Part shown: positions 26,312 to 35,795 of the stretch, one piece after another
Numbering within the stretch: the first letter of the stretch is position 1
Layout: each line of letters starts with the position of its first letter
Source: a candidate division Hyd24-12 bacterium UBA6080
GTDB lineage: Bacteria > Fermentibacterota > Fermentibacteria > Fermentibacterales > JCC-6
NCBI GenBank assembly: GCA_002436025.1
Contig: DIXM01000002.1
Location: 245,659-309,658 of the forward strand
Direction: 5' to 3'
DNA: 64,000 nucleotides
Notes under the pieces: generated by a model
The model's input: the letters and a program-made list of their open reading frames with translations, nothing else
Told to the model about the DNA's origin: nothing
The model's database searches: none
Made by a program: the position numbers and the translations under genes

Positions 26312-29227
26312 ATGTCGTATCTTCCTCCCAGATTTGGTGTATTCACTCTTAGCGTTCTAATCCTGCTCACTCAGTCCCTCATCGCAGCGGAACCCGGGGA
26401 GAACACAATTCCCATCATAGGCATGCGGGCTTCCAACAACGCAGACTTTTCAGGGATAGGCATTCGTCTTCTCTGCGAGCTGTCTTGGAAGTGTTTCGAC
26501 GGAGTGGAGGTGGAGGGACTTGTGGTGGATGGTTCCGCGGGAAACCCGGATTGGCAAGACAATCGTGATTTCATAGAACTCTGCGGTGATGCGGGCATGC
26601 TTCTGGTCCTTGCTCCCTGGGAGATAAGCCAGTTCCATAACTTCTGGAACGTAAACACCGCGTACTGGTTCCGCTGGGAGGACTATTCACTCAATTCCGG
26701 GAAGTGTTTCGGGCAGCTTTCCGAAACCCTTGGAGCACCGATTGACTCCATGACGGCTGCGCAGATGGCAGATACCACTGAAATCAGATCAGTTGCATAC
26801 GCGAACAACCAATTGGCAATCACCTTGAACCCTGCGACTTATCCCGCCCTTTGGTTCTACAACGTATATGACGAGGCGCCTGCGCGTCAGCGTGCCAGAA
26901 TGATAGAAGGTTCCACGACATGGGACGATTGGATCCCCAACCTCTACACCCAGGACACACTGAGCAATGGTGAACCAACCCTGACGGAGATAGAACCCGC
27001 GGGCATCTACTCCTGGCAGAAGTGGTTTGCGGAAAACCACGTGACAACTCCCATCCCCCTTACCATCAACTTCTCCCTGCTGCATACCATTCAAGCCAAT
27101 GAGTACACCGGGATAACCTGGGATCTCAACTACGGCACCATGCACCAGCAGGCCAATTCTGTCAGAGCGTTGTGCGAAGCCCTGTACCAGGGGCCTCCCG
27201 GGACGGGAACGCCCGTTGACCCGGTGAGCAACTCCCCTGAGTTCATCTGTTTCGACTACTACCCGTTTCGGTATGTTCACATTGATTCCCTGGGAGCAAC
27301 CCTCTGCGACGACGACTGGCTCTTCCTTGTTGACCATTGCGAACAGGGGATGGACTCGACGGTGTTCGCGGCAAGGGAGAGCGATGTCCCGGTGTTCTTC
27401 TACCCTCAGGCCTTCGGGGTCTCCGGAGGTCCGCTGCTGCGTGATTCCGCAGGAGATCTTGAGTACCTTTCCTACACGTACCGCACTCCTGCTCCTCAGG
27501 AGTTCCGCATGCTCTGCAATCTGGCCCTGCTGCACCAGGCAAAGGGGCTTTTTCCCTACTCCCTGGCCGGCTACATCTCTGACCCCAATGCCCCTGAAGA
27601 TCAGAACAACTTTATATGCAACTCGCTTCTCGACCTTCACGGCATACCGTTCGATGCTCCGTACGAAGACTGGGTGTACACCGGAAGGTGGCCGGATACT
27701 GGTGACTGGGAAGGCGGGTACGAGTACGCCGACCCCGGGGAACTTCCCCCCTTCAGCGCGGGCTTCGACCCTCTCTACGAGGTGTCGGCAGCACCGGTTC
27801 CAGTGCAGGATGACCCGAAGAACACCGAGAGGTTTCTGACATGGCTCTTCGAGCCCTACTCGAGGCTTTACGACAGCGTTCAGGTTCCCCTGGCCGAGGC
27901 TGCAGTGATTGCACCCGAGATGTCGGATCTCTGGTGGTGGGAGGGTTCGTGGGACGCTGCAAGTATCTCTGTGGACGACCCTGAGATCTACGACCACTAC
28001 GTTCCACCTGTGATAAAGGTGTTCCAGGGGCCGGACAGCAGCCACGTGTATCTTTACTACGTGAACCGCTACCTGAGGAACGAAGAGACGGATTACACCG
28101 TCAGGCTCACTGTCTCTCAGAGCCCCGGGTACGTATCCTTAACTGTACTTGACCACAGCAGGCGCTTTTTGATACCGGCTCCTTCAGGGGGCGGGGGCAA
28201 CGATGTTTACGTCGCCTTCGACGACACGCTGGAAGCGGGTGAGGGCAGGCTCGTTGAGTTCGTGGACACAAATGCTCTTCCCGCGGACATCAGGGTGACG
28301 TCACCCGACGTTTATGTGTACAGGCAGGGCGCCGTGAACAGAAGCGACCGGTTGTGCTGCACCGCCGGTGAAACCATCACCTTCGGAGCCGTGTACTACA
28401 ACATGGGGACTGCGGCAACCGGAGATATCAGCGTGGTCTTCGAAAAGGTTGGTACACCGTACATACTGGGCACCGACACGATACGTTTCGGGGGGCTTTC
28501 AGGGTACTACAACCCCGACAGCGCCTCCGCGAGCATTCAGTGGGAGACCGATGTGAACGACATTGGTGTTCACAGGATCGGGATAAGCGCGGGAGCCGTT
28601 TCCGGCGAGAACACATCCGACAACAGTGTTACGGTCACGGTTCTTGTTGAGCCTTTGGACTACGCCACCGAAGTTCCGGGGAACGCGTGGGACATGACCG
28701 AGGCTGTGAGCAATCCGCCGGACTGGTTCACCAATGACATTGTCTCGATTGCGGCCGGCTGGATTGATTCATGCTGGACCGATTCCGTCAGCGGAATGTT
28801 CGAGGGCGCAATTGAGTCCCGCACTTACGGTGCCTGGACAGGGTTCAAGGGGGATATCAGCCTTAACACCGGCGGTGGATCAATCAACGCAGACCGGTAC
28901 ACATTGCTGAGCCTTGCCGGTGTCTCCCTGAACCCCAATGTATCTACAACGGAGTATGGCTGCGGCATGTTCCTGTTATGGAAGGATTCAACGGAGACCG
29001 AGCGTCAGTTGGAGCTTCACGGGAGCAACGGCTTTGATCGGTGGCTTGGGAACGGCAGGGAGATGTGGCGCGAGTTCGGACCTCTTGACCTCTCCGATGT
29101 TCCTTGGTGGGGCGGCGAGATAAGCGATCTGAGGATAAGGTTCCAGATGGATCCGCCCGGAAGTCTCCCGGGTAGCTCCCTTGGCATCAGGATCGGCTGG
29201 GTCAGGCTGGAAGAAGGTGCTTTGTGA
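26312..29227 (+). CDS. Large secreted hypothetical protein (971 aa) with CARDB-like Ig-fold segment
   Basis: N-terminal signal peptide. No catalytic motif recognised. A segment around residues 640-760 resembles CARDB/Ig-like repeats. Confidence 0.65.
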   Translation: MSYLPPRFGVFTLSVLILLTQSLIAAEPGENTIPIIGMRASNNADFSGIGIRLLCELSWKCFDGVEVEGLVVDGSAGNPDWQDNRDFIELCGDAGMLLVLAPWEISQFHNFWNVNTAYWFRWEDYSLNSGKCFGQLSETLGAPIDSMTAAQMADTTEIRSVAYANNQLAITLNPATYPALWFYNVYDEAPARQRARMIEGSTTWDDWIPNLYTQDTLSNGEPTLTEIEPAGIYSWQKWFAENHVTTPIPLTINFSLLHTIQANEYTGITWDLNYGTMHQQANSVRALCEALYQGPPGTGTPVDPVSNSPEFICFDYYPFRYVHIDSLGATLCDDDWLFLVDHCEQGMDSTVFAARESDVPVFFYPQAFGVSGGPLLRDSAGDLEYLSYTYRTPAPQEFRMLCNLALLHQAKGLFPYSLAGYISDPNAPEDQNNFICNSLLDLHGIPFDAPYEDWVYTGRWPDTGDWEGGYEYADPGELPPFSAGFDPLYEVSAAPVPVQDDPKNTERFLTWLFEPYSRLYDSVQVPLAEAAVIAPEMSDLWWWEGSWDAASISVDDPEIYDHYVPPVIKVFQGPDSSHVYLYYVNRYLRNEETDYTVRLTVSQSPGYVSLTVLDHSRRFLIPAPSGGGGNDVYVAFDDTLEAGEGRLVEFVDTNALPADIRVTSPDVYVYRQGAVNRSDRLCCTAGETITFGAVYYNMGTAATGDISVVFEKVGTPYILGTDTIRFGGLSGYYNPDSASASIQWETDVNDIGVHRIGISAGAVSGENTSDNSVTVTVLVEPLDYATEVPGNAWDMTEAVSNPPDWFTNDIVSIAAGWIDSCWTDSVSGMFEGAIESRTYGAWTGFKGDISLNTGGGSINADRYTLLSLAGVSLNPNVSTTEYGCGMFLLWKDSTETERQLELHGSNGFDRWLGNGREMWREFGPLDLSDVPWWGGEISDLRIRFQMDPPGSLPGSSLGIRIGWVRLEEGAL

Positions 29228-31062
29228 AAGCTCTGATTCTGCTGCCCGTTGTCTTGACAACCTCTTTGGCGGGCTTAAGCGGGCAGGACGACTGGTCCGA
29301 CGGGCCTGGAGTTCCCGGGCCGGTGAACTTCTTCTTTCAATCCTTCGACAGCCACCAGAACATGGGATACGAGGACACGCCGGGGGAGTTGTTCCTTCAT
29401 CTTCGGGGCGAGAAGCATCAGGTCACGAACTACCTTGAGTACTCGGTTCCCGGGATGGTGGCAGACATGAACGGCGACGGTCACCTTGACGTGGTGTGCG
29501 GGTCCAACGGATACAGCAAGAGGAAGGTTTACTGGTTCGAGAACGACGGTTCAGGGGGTGGCTGGGAGCGCCACGATGTGAGTGGAACTGGCGAAGTGAC
29601 CTATCCATGGTCCGTTTGCGCCGCGGATGTCGACGGAGATGGCGATATGGACGTTATCTGCGGGGATAACGACAACAAGATTTTGCTCTGGATCAACACT
29701 GACGGATCGGGGCTGACCTGGGAAACCATCATTCTTGTTGACAACCTTTTCTATAGCCCAACGTTTGTCACGAATTCCGACATTGATGGCGACAGTTATC
29801 CTGATGTTGTTACACTAACAGGTGGTGGTTCCAACGAGTTGATCCTATGGTTTGAAAACCCCATACCCGATCGGCCCACAATCGATGGATGGACACAACA
29901 TCTGGTAGGACCGAAAGCAAACTGCAATCAGGTCTTTCCAGCCGACATCAACGGCGATGGTCGGATGGACGTGGTCAGCGCTGCTGGAAGTTCCAACAAG
30001 CAGGTGTCGTGGTGGGAGAACGAGAACGGTACGGGCGACAACTGGACTGAGCGCACCATTGTCAACAACATCAATCACGCAAAGACTGTCCATGCTTCAG
30101 ACATGGACGGTGACGGCGACATGGATGTGATTGCTGCAGGGTCTTATGACTTGTACTGGTTTGAGAACGACGACGGACTGGGAACTTCTTGGACAGAGCA
30201 TCAACTTCCTGATCCTTTTGTTCTGTGCAAGGCCGCTGCAGGAGTTGACATTTTTGGAAACGGCAGTCCAGTGATTCTCTCTGCTCATGGTTCCAGTGGC
30301 ACGCCTATTCGCTTCGTCCTCTGGGAGCGGATGGACGAGGGGGGTCTGACCTGGAGAAGGCACATACTGGAGAAGAGTTACCTGTACCATGGTCTCTCCG
30401 TTGGGGATATCGATGGGGACGGTACACTTGATGTGGTTGCCTTCGAGGATGGCAGCCGGGTTTTCTGGTTCAGCAAGTTTGGCTACCCATCCGAAGGAAC
30501 ACTCACCTCATCCATTCTGGACGTGAACAACTATCCCCACTGGGATGAGATACAGTGGCAGGACAGCGTTCCTGCGGGTTCTTCCGTACGGTTTCGTGTG
30601 CGTAGTTCCAACGATCCCGGGGACATGGGTGAGTGGTCTGGCTACATTGAGGAGTCCGGGAGCCTTGAGGGCTTTGCGGACAGCACCCACCGTTATTTCC
30701 AGTACCGTGTTCACATGGAGCCATCGGGCCATCTGGTGACACCCACGCTCTATCAGGTGCTGATCTACTGGCAGTGGCTTGGGGTGGAGGGGGCTGAAGA
30801 AGAAACATGCCTTCACCCGGTGACCCCCAACCCATGTACAGGCCCTGTGGAGATACGGTTCAGTCTTGCGGAGCCGGGTCCCATTGCGCTTCAGGTGTTC
30901 GACCTGTACGGCCGTTTGGTCGCCTTGCCGGTGGACGGCGAGGTGTCGGGCGGTGAACACTCGGTCCAGCTTGCTTCCCTGCATCCGGGAGCCTACTTCG
31001 TCAGGATGACCACGGGAGAAGAAGTGCTGCGGGAGCGCTTTGTTCTGGTGGGTGATCAGTAA
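29224..31062 (+). CDS. FG-GAP/VCBS-repeat beta-propeller protein with T9SS-type C-terminal sorting domain
   Basis: GTGA overlap with the upstream gene. Signal peptide. Repeated DxDGDGxxDV calcium-binding FG-GAP motifs (DMNGDGHLDV, DVDGDGDMDV, DINGDGRMDV, DMDGDGDMDV, DIDGDGTLDV). The C-terminal ~80 aa (NPCTGPVEIRFSLAEPGPIALQVFDLYGRLV...GAYFVRM) resembles the Por/T9SS CTD. Confidence 0.8.
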   Translation: MKALILLPVVLTTSLAGLSGQDDWSDGPGVPGPVNFFFQSFDSHQNMGYEDTPGELFLHLRGEKHQVTNYLEYSVPGMVADMNGDGHLDVVCGSNGYSKRKVYWFENDGSGGGWERHDVSGTGEVTYPWSVCAADVDGDGDMDVICGDNDNKILLWINTDGSGLTWETIILVDNLFYSPTFVTNSDIDGDSYPDVVTLTGGGSNELILWFENPIPDRPTIDGWTQHLVGPKANCNQVFPADINGDGRMDVVSAAGSSNKQVSWWENENGTGDNWTERTIVNNINHAKTVHASDMDGDGDMDVIAAGSYDLYWFENDDGLGTSWTEHQLPDPFVLCKAAAGVDIFGNGSPVILSAHGSSGTPIRFVLWERMDEGGLTWRRHILEKSYLYHGLSVGDIDGDGTLDVVAFEDGSRVFWFSKFGYPSEGTLTSSILDVNNYPHWDEIQWQDSVPAGSSVRFRVRSSNDPGDMGEWSGYIEESGSLEGFADSTHRYFQYRVHMEPSGHLVTPTLYQVLIYWQWLGVEGAEEETCLHPVTPNPCTGPVEIRFSLAEPGPIALQVFDLYGRLVALPVDGEVSGGEHSVQLASLHPGAYFVRMTTGEEVLRERFVLVGDQ

Positions 31063-31089
31063 ACACGTTGCAGGAGAGACCGTTTCCCG

Positions 31090-32253
31090 TCAGTTGCACA
31101 GGCCCCTCACGATAACAGCTCGTACCGTTTCCAGAAGCAGTTTCGAGCCCAAAGACAGAAGCCCGTCGGGGAACTCGTAATCGGGGTGGTGGAGAGAAGG
31201 GGTTTCCTCACCGGCCCCAAGGCCGAGAAGGACCCCCGGGATGGCGCCTGTGAAGTGGCCGAAGTCCTCCGACCATGGGAAGGGCTCTTCCCTGAAGGAG
31301 ACGTTCATGCCAAGCCCCCTGGCTGTCTCTGCGACCAGGTCAACCAGACTGCTGTCGTTCTGCACGGGTGGGAACTCTTCGCTTCCTTCCACCGAAACCC
31401 CCAGCCCGTAAGCCCCCGCGATCCCCTCGGCGAGCCAGGTGCACTCTCTGAACAGGTCTTCGAGAACCCCCTTTTCTGCGGCCCTGAGGGTTGCCATTAA
31501 AACCGCCTCGCCCGGGGAAGTCCCGAACGTTTCAGCACCCAGCGCCGCATGGACGACAGTGACCATCGCAGGTTGATAAAGACCGGTCCGGTTCTGTGGA
31601 ACGGCGTTAAGGGCCTGGATAAGCTGGGCGACCGCCATTGCAGGGCTTCTGCCCTTGTGGGGTTCCCCCGCGTGGGAACGTTCACCGGTGATATTGACGG
31701 TTATCCCCACTGATGCGGAGGCGAAGACACCATGCCTGAGGATGACCTCGCCCGACTTGAACCCGGGAAGGTTGTGAAGCGCCACTGCGAAGTCGGGCAT
31801 TACGGACTTGAAACCTTCGTCCTTCAGTGCCGCGGAGGCTCCTGCGCCGGTCTCTTCCGCGGGCTGGAAAAGCAGGAGGACCGAGCCCCTTTCAAGCGGG
31901 GCTTCCGAAAGTTCTGCCGCCACGCCGGCAAGCATCGCCATATGACCATCGTGCCCGCACCCGTGATACGCTCCGGAACCATCCGGCATGGGAAGGCCGT
32001 CGAGCTCGCACCTAACCATTACCCGGGGTCCGGGAAGAGCCCCCTTGAATAGAGCGGCCACGCCGTGCCCGGCGATCCCCCTCAGAAGCCTGGTTGGGCA
32101 TGTGGCGGCAAGAAAGTCTGCCACGATCACTGCCGTTGCGGCCTCCCTGCCGGAAACCTCGGCCCTTGCGTGAAGGGCCCTTCGGAGATCGAGCGGGTTC
32201 AGACCTTCCCCTTTCCAACGAGTTTGGCGAAGTGTTCGAAGGAGCGGTCCCAC
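31090..32253 (-). CDS. M20D-family amidohydrolase (peptidase M20)
   Basis: LRRALHARAEVSGRE...GIAGHGVAALFKGALPGPRVMVRCELDGLP...QPAEE is typical of M20D. Start shown as GTG 32253, which overlaps the upstream small ORF by 55 nt. The alternative CTG 32202 overlaps that ORF's TGA and gives MNPLDLRRALHA, a very typical family N-terminus. Confidence 0.75.
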   Translation of the reverse strand: MGPLLRTLRQTRWKGEGLNPLDLRRALHARAEVSGREAATAVIVADFLAATCPTRLLRGIAGHGVAALFKGALPGPRVMVRCELDGLPMPDGSGAYHGCGHDGHMAMLAGVAAELSEAPLERGSVLLLFQPAEETGAGASAALKDEGFKSVMPDFAVALHNLPGFKSGEVILRHGVFASASVGITVNITGERSHAGEPHKGRSPAMAVAQLIQALNAVPQNRTGLYQPAMVTVVHAALGAETFGTSPGEAVLMATLRAAEKGVLEDLFRECTWLAEGIAGAYGLGVSVEGSEEFPPVQNDSSLVDLVAETARGLGMNVSFREEPFPWSEDFGHFTGAIPGVLLGLGAGEETPSLHHPDYEFPDGLLSLGSKLLLETVRAVIVRGLCN

Positions 32254-32402
32254 GTTTTCTCTTCTTCTTTTGGGAAAAAGCAGCCCGGAATCTCCCTGTT
32301 CTTCAGGTGGCTTGCCACACATTCGCAGCAAACACCCTTTCGGGAGCACGGTTCGTAGCTGCAGTTGCACCGCTTGAGATTTTCAGGCTTTCTGCACTCC
32401 AT
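32199..32402 (-). CDS. Small cysteine-rich protein (67 aa, 7 Cys; CxCx5Cx5CCxC...C)
   Basis: Strong SD: GGAAGGAGTG, 5 nt before the ATG. MECRKPENLKRCNCSYEPCSRKGVCCECVASHLKNREIPGCFF. Divergent from the S10 operon. Confidence 0.6.
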   Translation of the reverse strand: MECRKPENLKRCNCSYEPCSRKGVCCECVASHLKNREIPGCFFPKEEEKTWDRSFEHFAKLVGKGKV

Positions 32403-32465
32403 GATTCACTCCTTCCGTCCGGTTTGCATAAGGGCCGGGCGCCCCCGGTGTCAATGCCCCACGGC

Positions 32466-32494
32466 TTGACAGACCGGGTTTTCTGTGGTAGGCT
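32466..32494 (+). promoter_or_regulatory. Candidate S10-operon promoter
   Basis: TTGACA - 17 nt - TAGGCT, about 175 nt upstream of rpsJ. Confidence 0.25.
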
Positions 32495-32667
32495 TGCACT
32501 TCCCCGAAAGGCCAGGGGTGGTTGCGGTTCCTTTGGAATTCAACCATATTTGGCGCCCCGGAGGCTCCGATGAGCCAATGGGTGAAAATGAAATTGGCAG
32601 CGCGGGATTCTCCCGAATGGGTGTATTGCGCGTTTATTTCTGGTTTGTAAAGAACCGAGGAGATGGG

Positions 32668-32973
32668 TTGAACGAAATACGGCTCAGAATCAGGCTTCGG
32701 GCCTATGACCACCGGCTTCTGGACAAGTCAGCCGCTTCCATCGTGCGCGGCGTGCTGAATACCGGAGCCAAGGTTGCGGGTCCGATCCCACTGCCCACGA
32801 GGCGCACGATGTTGACGGTTCTCCGAAGCCCCCATGTTGACAAGAAATCACGGGAGCAGTTCGAGTTGAGGGTTCACTCCAGGCTCATTGAGATTCGCGA
32901 TCCCAACGAGCAGACCACCGAAGCCCTGCGTCAGCTCGATGTTCCCGCCGGTGTGGATGTTGAGATAAAGTAA
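32668..32973 (+). CDS. rpsJ: 30S ribosomal protein S10
   Basis: TTG start after [26 protein letters not shown]...GPIPLPTR is the S10 signature. The ORF-track start at 32485 is too early. Confidence 0.9.
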   Translation: MNEIRLRIRLRAYDHRLLDKSAASIVRGVLNTGAKVAGPIPLPTRRTMLTVLRSPHVDKKSREQFELRVHSRLIEIRDPNEQTTEALRQLDVPAGVDVEIK

Positions 32974-33125
32974 CCTGCATTCCTCCTGACTGATCCGGCG
33001 GGGCCGGATTAAGAGGAAATGTCGCACTGCGGAGCCTGGGCGGATGCTCCGGCGGGCGACGGAAGAAAGAACAGAAACGCTCGTCCCCCCGCCAATAAGG
33101 GGACTTCAGCGACGGGAAGTGGTAT

Positions 33126-33761
33126 ATGAGCGGATTGATGGCTCGTAAACTGGGCATGACCCGTGTCTTCAATGAAGACGGAAGGGTCATCCCGGTCACC
33201 GTACTCGAGGCGGCGCCCAACCATGTGGTTCAGGTGAAAACCATCGAGCATGACGGCTATGCCGCTGTGCAGGTGGGCTTCGTTCCACAGAAGGAAAGCC
33301 GTCTCAACAAGCCCCGGAAGGGGCATCTGGCGAAGGCGGGGGTTCCCCCCGTGTCCAGGCTTGCGGAAGTTGGGAAGCCCGGGGGCGATGTAAAACCGGG
33401 TGACACCATCACCGTGAGCATCTTCAGCCCCGGCGAGAAGGTCGACGTAACAGGCCTGTGCAAGGGCAAGGGTTTCCAGGGTGTCGTGAAAAGGCACGGT
33501 TTCAGCGGTGGTGATGAGACCCACGGCTGCAAGTCCCACCGTGTTCCCGGCTCGATCGGTCAGAACGCAACCCCCGGTCGCGTCTGGAAGAACAAGAAGA
33601 TGCCCGGCCAGACCGGCAACACCAGGGTGACGGTCAAGAACCTTGAGATCGTGGAAGTAGACGGAGAGAAGAACCTCGTCGTGCTCAAGGGCGCTGTTCC
33701 CGGTTCAAGGAACGGTTACCTTCTCATTCGGAAGCACCGCAAGAGCGGAGGTAACAACTGA
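33126..33761 (+). CDS. rplC: 50S ribosomal protein L3
   Basis: LGMTRVFNEDGRVIPVTVLE, position in the S10 operon. Confidence 0.9.
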   Translation: MSGLMARKLGMTRVFNEDGRVIPVTVLEAAPNHVVQVKTIEHDGYAAVQVGFVPQKESRLNKPRKGHLAKAGVPPVSRLAEVGKPGGDVKPGDTITVSIFSPGEKVDVTGLCKGKGFQGVVKRHGFSGGDETHGCKSHRVPGSIGQNATPGRVWKNKKMPGQTGNTRVTVKNLEIVEVDGEKNLVVLKGAVPGSRNGYLLIRKHRKSGGNN

Positions 33762-34384
33762 TGGCACTCGCAAGGGTATACACGATGAGCGGCGAAGAGG
33801 TCGACACCGTTCAGCTCCCGGATGAGGTTTTCTCCACCGGGGTTTCCACCCATGTTCTGTGGGAGGTCGTAAGGGTCGAGCAGACCAACCGCCGCAGGGG
33901 TACCGCCAGCACCAAGACCCGCGCCTTCGTAGTCGGCAGCGGAAAGAAACCCTGGCGTCAGAAGCATACCGGCCATGCCCGAAGCGGCTCCAAGAAGTCG
34001 CCGATCTGGCGTGGGGGCGGCGTTGCTTTCGGCCCCCATCCCCGTCCGTGGAGCATCAAGCTCAACCGCAAGATACGCCGCAAGGCCTTTGCGGGGATAC
34101 TCAGCGAAAGACTGGACGAGGGGAACCTTCGCCTCATCCGTGATTTCTTCCTCGAGGGCAAGACCCGGCAGGTCGCGGGAATGCTTGCCGGGAACGGTTG
34201 CTCGGGCAGGAAGACCCTCATTCTCACCCTCGAGGGAGACGAACTTGCCACCAGGGCGTCCCGCAACATCCCCGGTGTGTTCTCAGCCAGTGCCCGAAGC
34301 GTTCCGGTGACCACTCTGGTTAACGCCGAAGTGGTCCTGATGGACGAACGGGCCATTGATGAGCTGAAAGCGAGGCTTTTGTAA
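33761..34384 (+). CDS. rplD: 50S ribosomal protein L4
   Basis: ATGA overlap with rplC. L4-like 207 aa. Confidence 0.9.
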   Translation: MALARVYTMSGEEVDTVQLPDEVFSTGVSTHVLWEVVRVEQTNRRRGTASTKTRAFVVGSGKKPWRQKHTGHARSGSKKSPIWRGGGVAFGPHPRPWSIKLNRKIRRKAFAGILSERLDEGNLRLIRDFFLEGKTRQVAGMLAGNGCSGRKTLILTLEGDELATRASRNIPGVFSASARSVPVTTLVNAEVVLMDERAIDELKARLL

Positions 34385-34671
34385 TGGATGCCCGACAGAT
34401 AATCATCGAGCCCATTGTAACCGAGAAATCCACCGTGGCACGGGAGAGCCTCAACGCCTACTCCTTCAAGGTGAAGCCCTCCGCCACCAAGCACCAGATC
34501 GCCAAGGCGATCGAGGAGATATTCAGTGTGACGGTCCTTGCAGTCCATACCATCAGGATGGATGGCAAACTGAAGCGCATGGGCCGCTTCGCGGGTCGCC
34601 GCTCATCCTGGAAAAAAGCCATTGTCACCCTGAAAAAGGGCGACACTGTCGACTTCTTTGAGGGGGTGTAA
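34384..34671 (+). CDS. rplW: 50S ribosomal protein L23
   Basis: 95 aa, [10 protein letters not shown]... Confidence 0.9.
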   Translation: MDARQIIIEPIVTEKSTVARESLNAYSFKVKPSATKHQIAKAIEEIFSVTVLAVHTIRMDGKLKRMGRFAGRRSSWKKAIVTLKKGDTVDFFEGV

Positions 34672-34673
34672 CC

Positions 34674-35516
34674 ATGGGTATGAAGCGTTGGAAGCCCACC
34701 ACCCCTGGTACCAGGTTCAAGGTATCGCCCGACTTCTCCGAGATAACCAGAACCGGGGGCGAAAAGTCCCTTCTTGTGATCCTGCCAAGCAAGGCCGGCC
34801 GGAACAACAAGGGGCGCGTTACCGCCAGGCACAGGGGTGGCGGTCACAAACGCATGTACAGGATCGTAGACTTCCGCAGGAACAAGCCGGGCATTCCGGG
34901 CAGGGTCGATTCAATCGAATACGATCCGAACCGCAGCGCCAGGATCGCCCTCGTGATCTACTGCGACGGCGAGAAGCGGTACATCATTGCCCCCGAGGGT
35001 CTCGAAGTCGGTCAGACCGTTCTCAGCGGCTCCGAGGCGCCTCCCGAGATCGGCAACCATCTTCCCCTGAACAGGGTTCCTCTGGGCACAATGGTTCACA
35101 ATGTCGAGATGAAGCCCGGCAAGGGCGGACAGATCGCCCGAAGCGCGGGCGCTTCGGTTCAGCTCATGGCGCGCGAGGGCGGATACGCAACTCTGCGCAT
35201 GCCCTCCCGCGAGATGAGAAGGGTGCCCGCTGAGTGCATGGCCACCATCGGCCAGGTCGGAAACTCCGAGCACAATCTGGTTGTTCCCGGCAAGGCCGGA
35301 GCCAGCCGCTGGGTAGGCAGAAGACCCTACGTCAGGGGTGTTGCCATGAACCCGGTTGACCATCCCATGGGTGGTGGCGAAGGCAAGACAAGCGGTGGCC
35401 GTCATCCGTGCTCACCGTGGGGACAGCTCGCCAAGGGCCTTCGAACCCGGAAACCCAAGAAGGATTCGAACAAACTCATCTTAAGGCGCAGACCCACCGG
35501 AAAGAGGAGGAAGTAG
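34674..35516 (+). CDS. rplB: 50S ribosomal protein L2
   Basis: [10 protein letters not shown]...GGGHKR...[15 protein letters not shown]. Confidence 0.93.
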   Translation: MGMKRWKPTTPGTRFKVSPDFSEITRTGGEKSLLVILPSKAGRNNKGRVTARHRGGGHKRMYRIVDFRRNKPGIPGRVDSIEYDPNRSARIALVIYCDGEKRYIIAPEGLEVGQTVLSGSEAPPEIGNHLPLNRVPLGTMVHNVEMKPGKGGQIARSAGASVQLMAREGGYATLRMPSREMRRVPAECMATIGQVGNSEHNLVVPGKAGASRWVGRRPYVRGVAMNPVDHPMGGGEGKTSGGRHPCSPWGQLAKGLRTRKPKKDSNKLILRRRPTGKRRK

Positions 35517-35518
35517 CG

Positions 35519-35785
35519 ATGGCGCGTTCCCTGAAAAAAGGCCCGTTCATCGATGCCGGGCTTCTCCGGAAGGTGGAGCTCATGGGCCAGACCGGCGAAA
35601 GCAAGGTAATAAAGACCTGGGCCAGACGGTCCACGATCCCGCCGGACTTCGTAGGCCAGACATTTGCGGTACACAACGGCCGCAAGTTCGTACCGGTTTT
35701 CGTTGTGGAAAACATGGTGGGGCACAAGCTCGGCGAGTTCGCCCCCACCCGGACCTTCCGCGGTCACCGCGAGAAGAAGAAGTAG
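35519..35785 (+). CDS. rpsS: 30S ribosomal protein S19
   Basis: ATG 2 nt after the rplB stop. [12 protein letters not shown]... The ORF-track start at 35408 is upstream junk. Confidence 0.9.
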   Translation: MARSLKKGPFIDAGLLRKVELMGQTGESKVIKTWARRSTIPPDFVGQTFAVHNGRKFVPVFVVENMVGHKLGEFAPTRTFRGHREKKK

Positions 35786-35795
35786 GGGTGGGAAA

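Noticed and set aside
26789-28045. 418-aa ORF antisense within the 971-aa secreted-protein gene
   Set aside because: The antisense translation is Arg/Val/Gly-rich. The sense ORF has a signal peptide and a coupled downstream partner.
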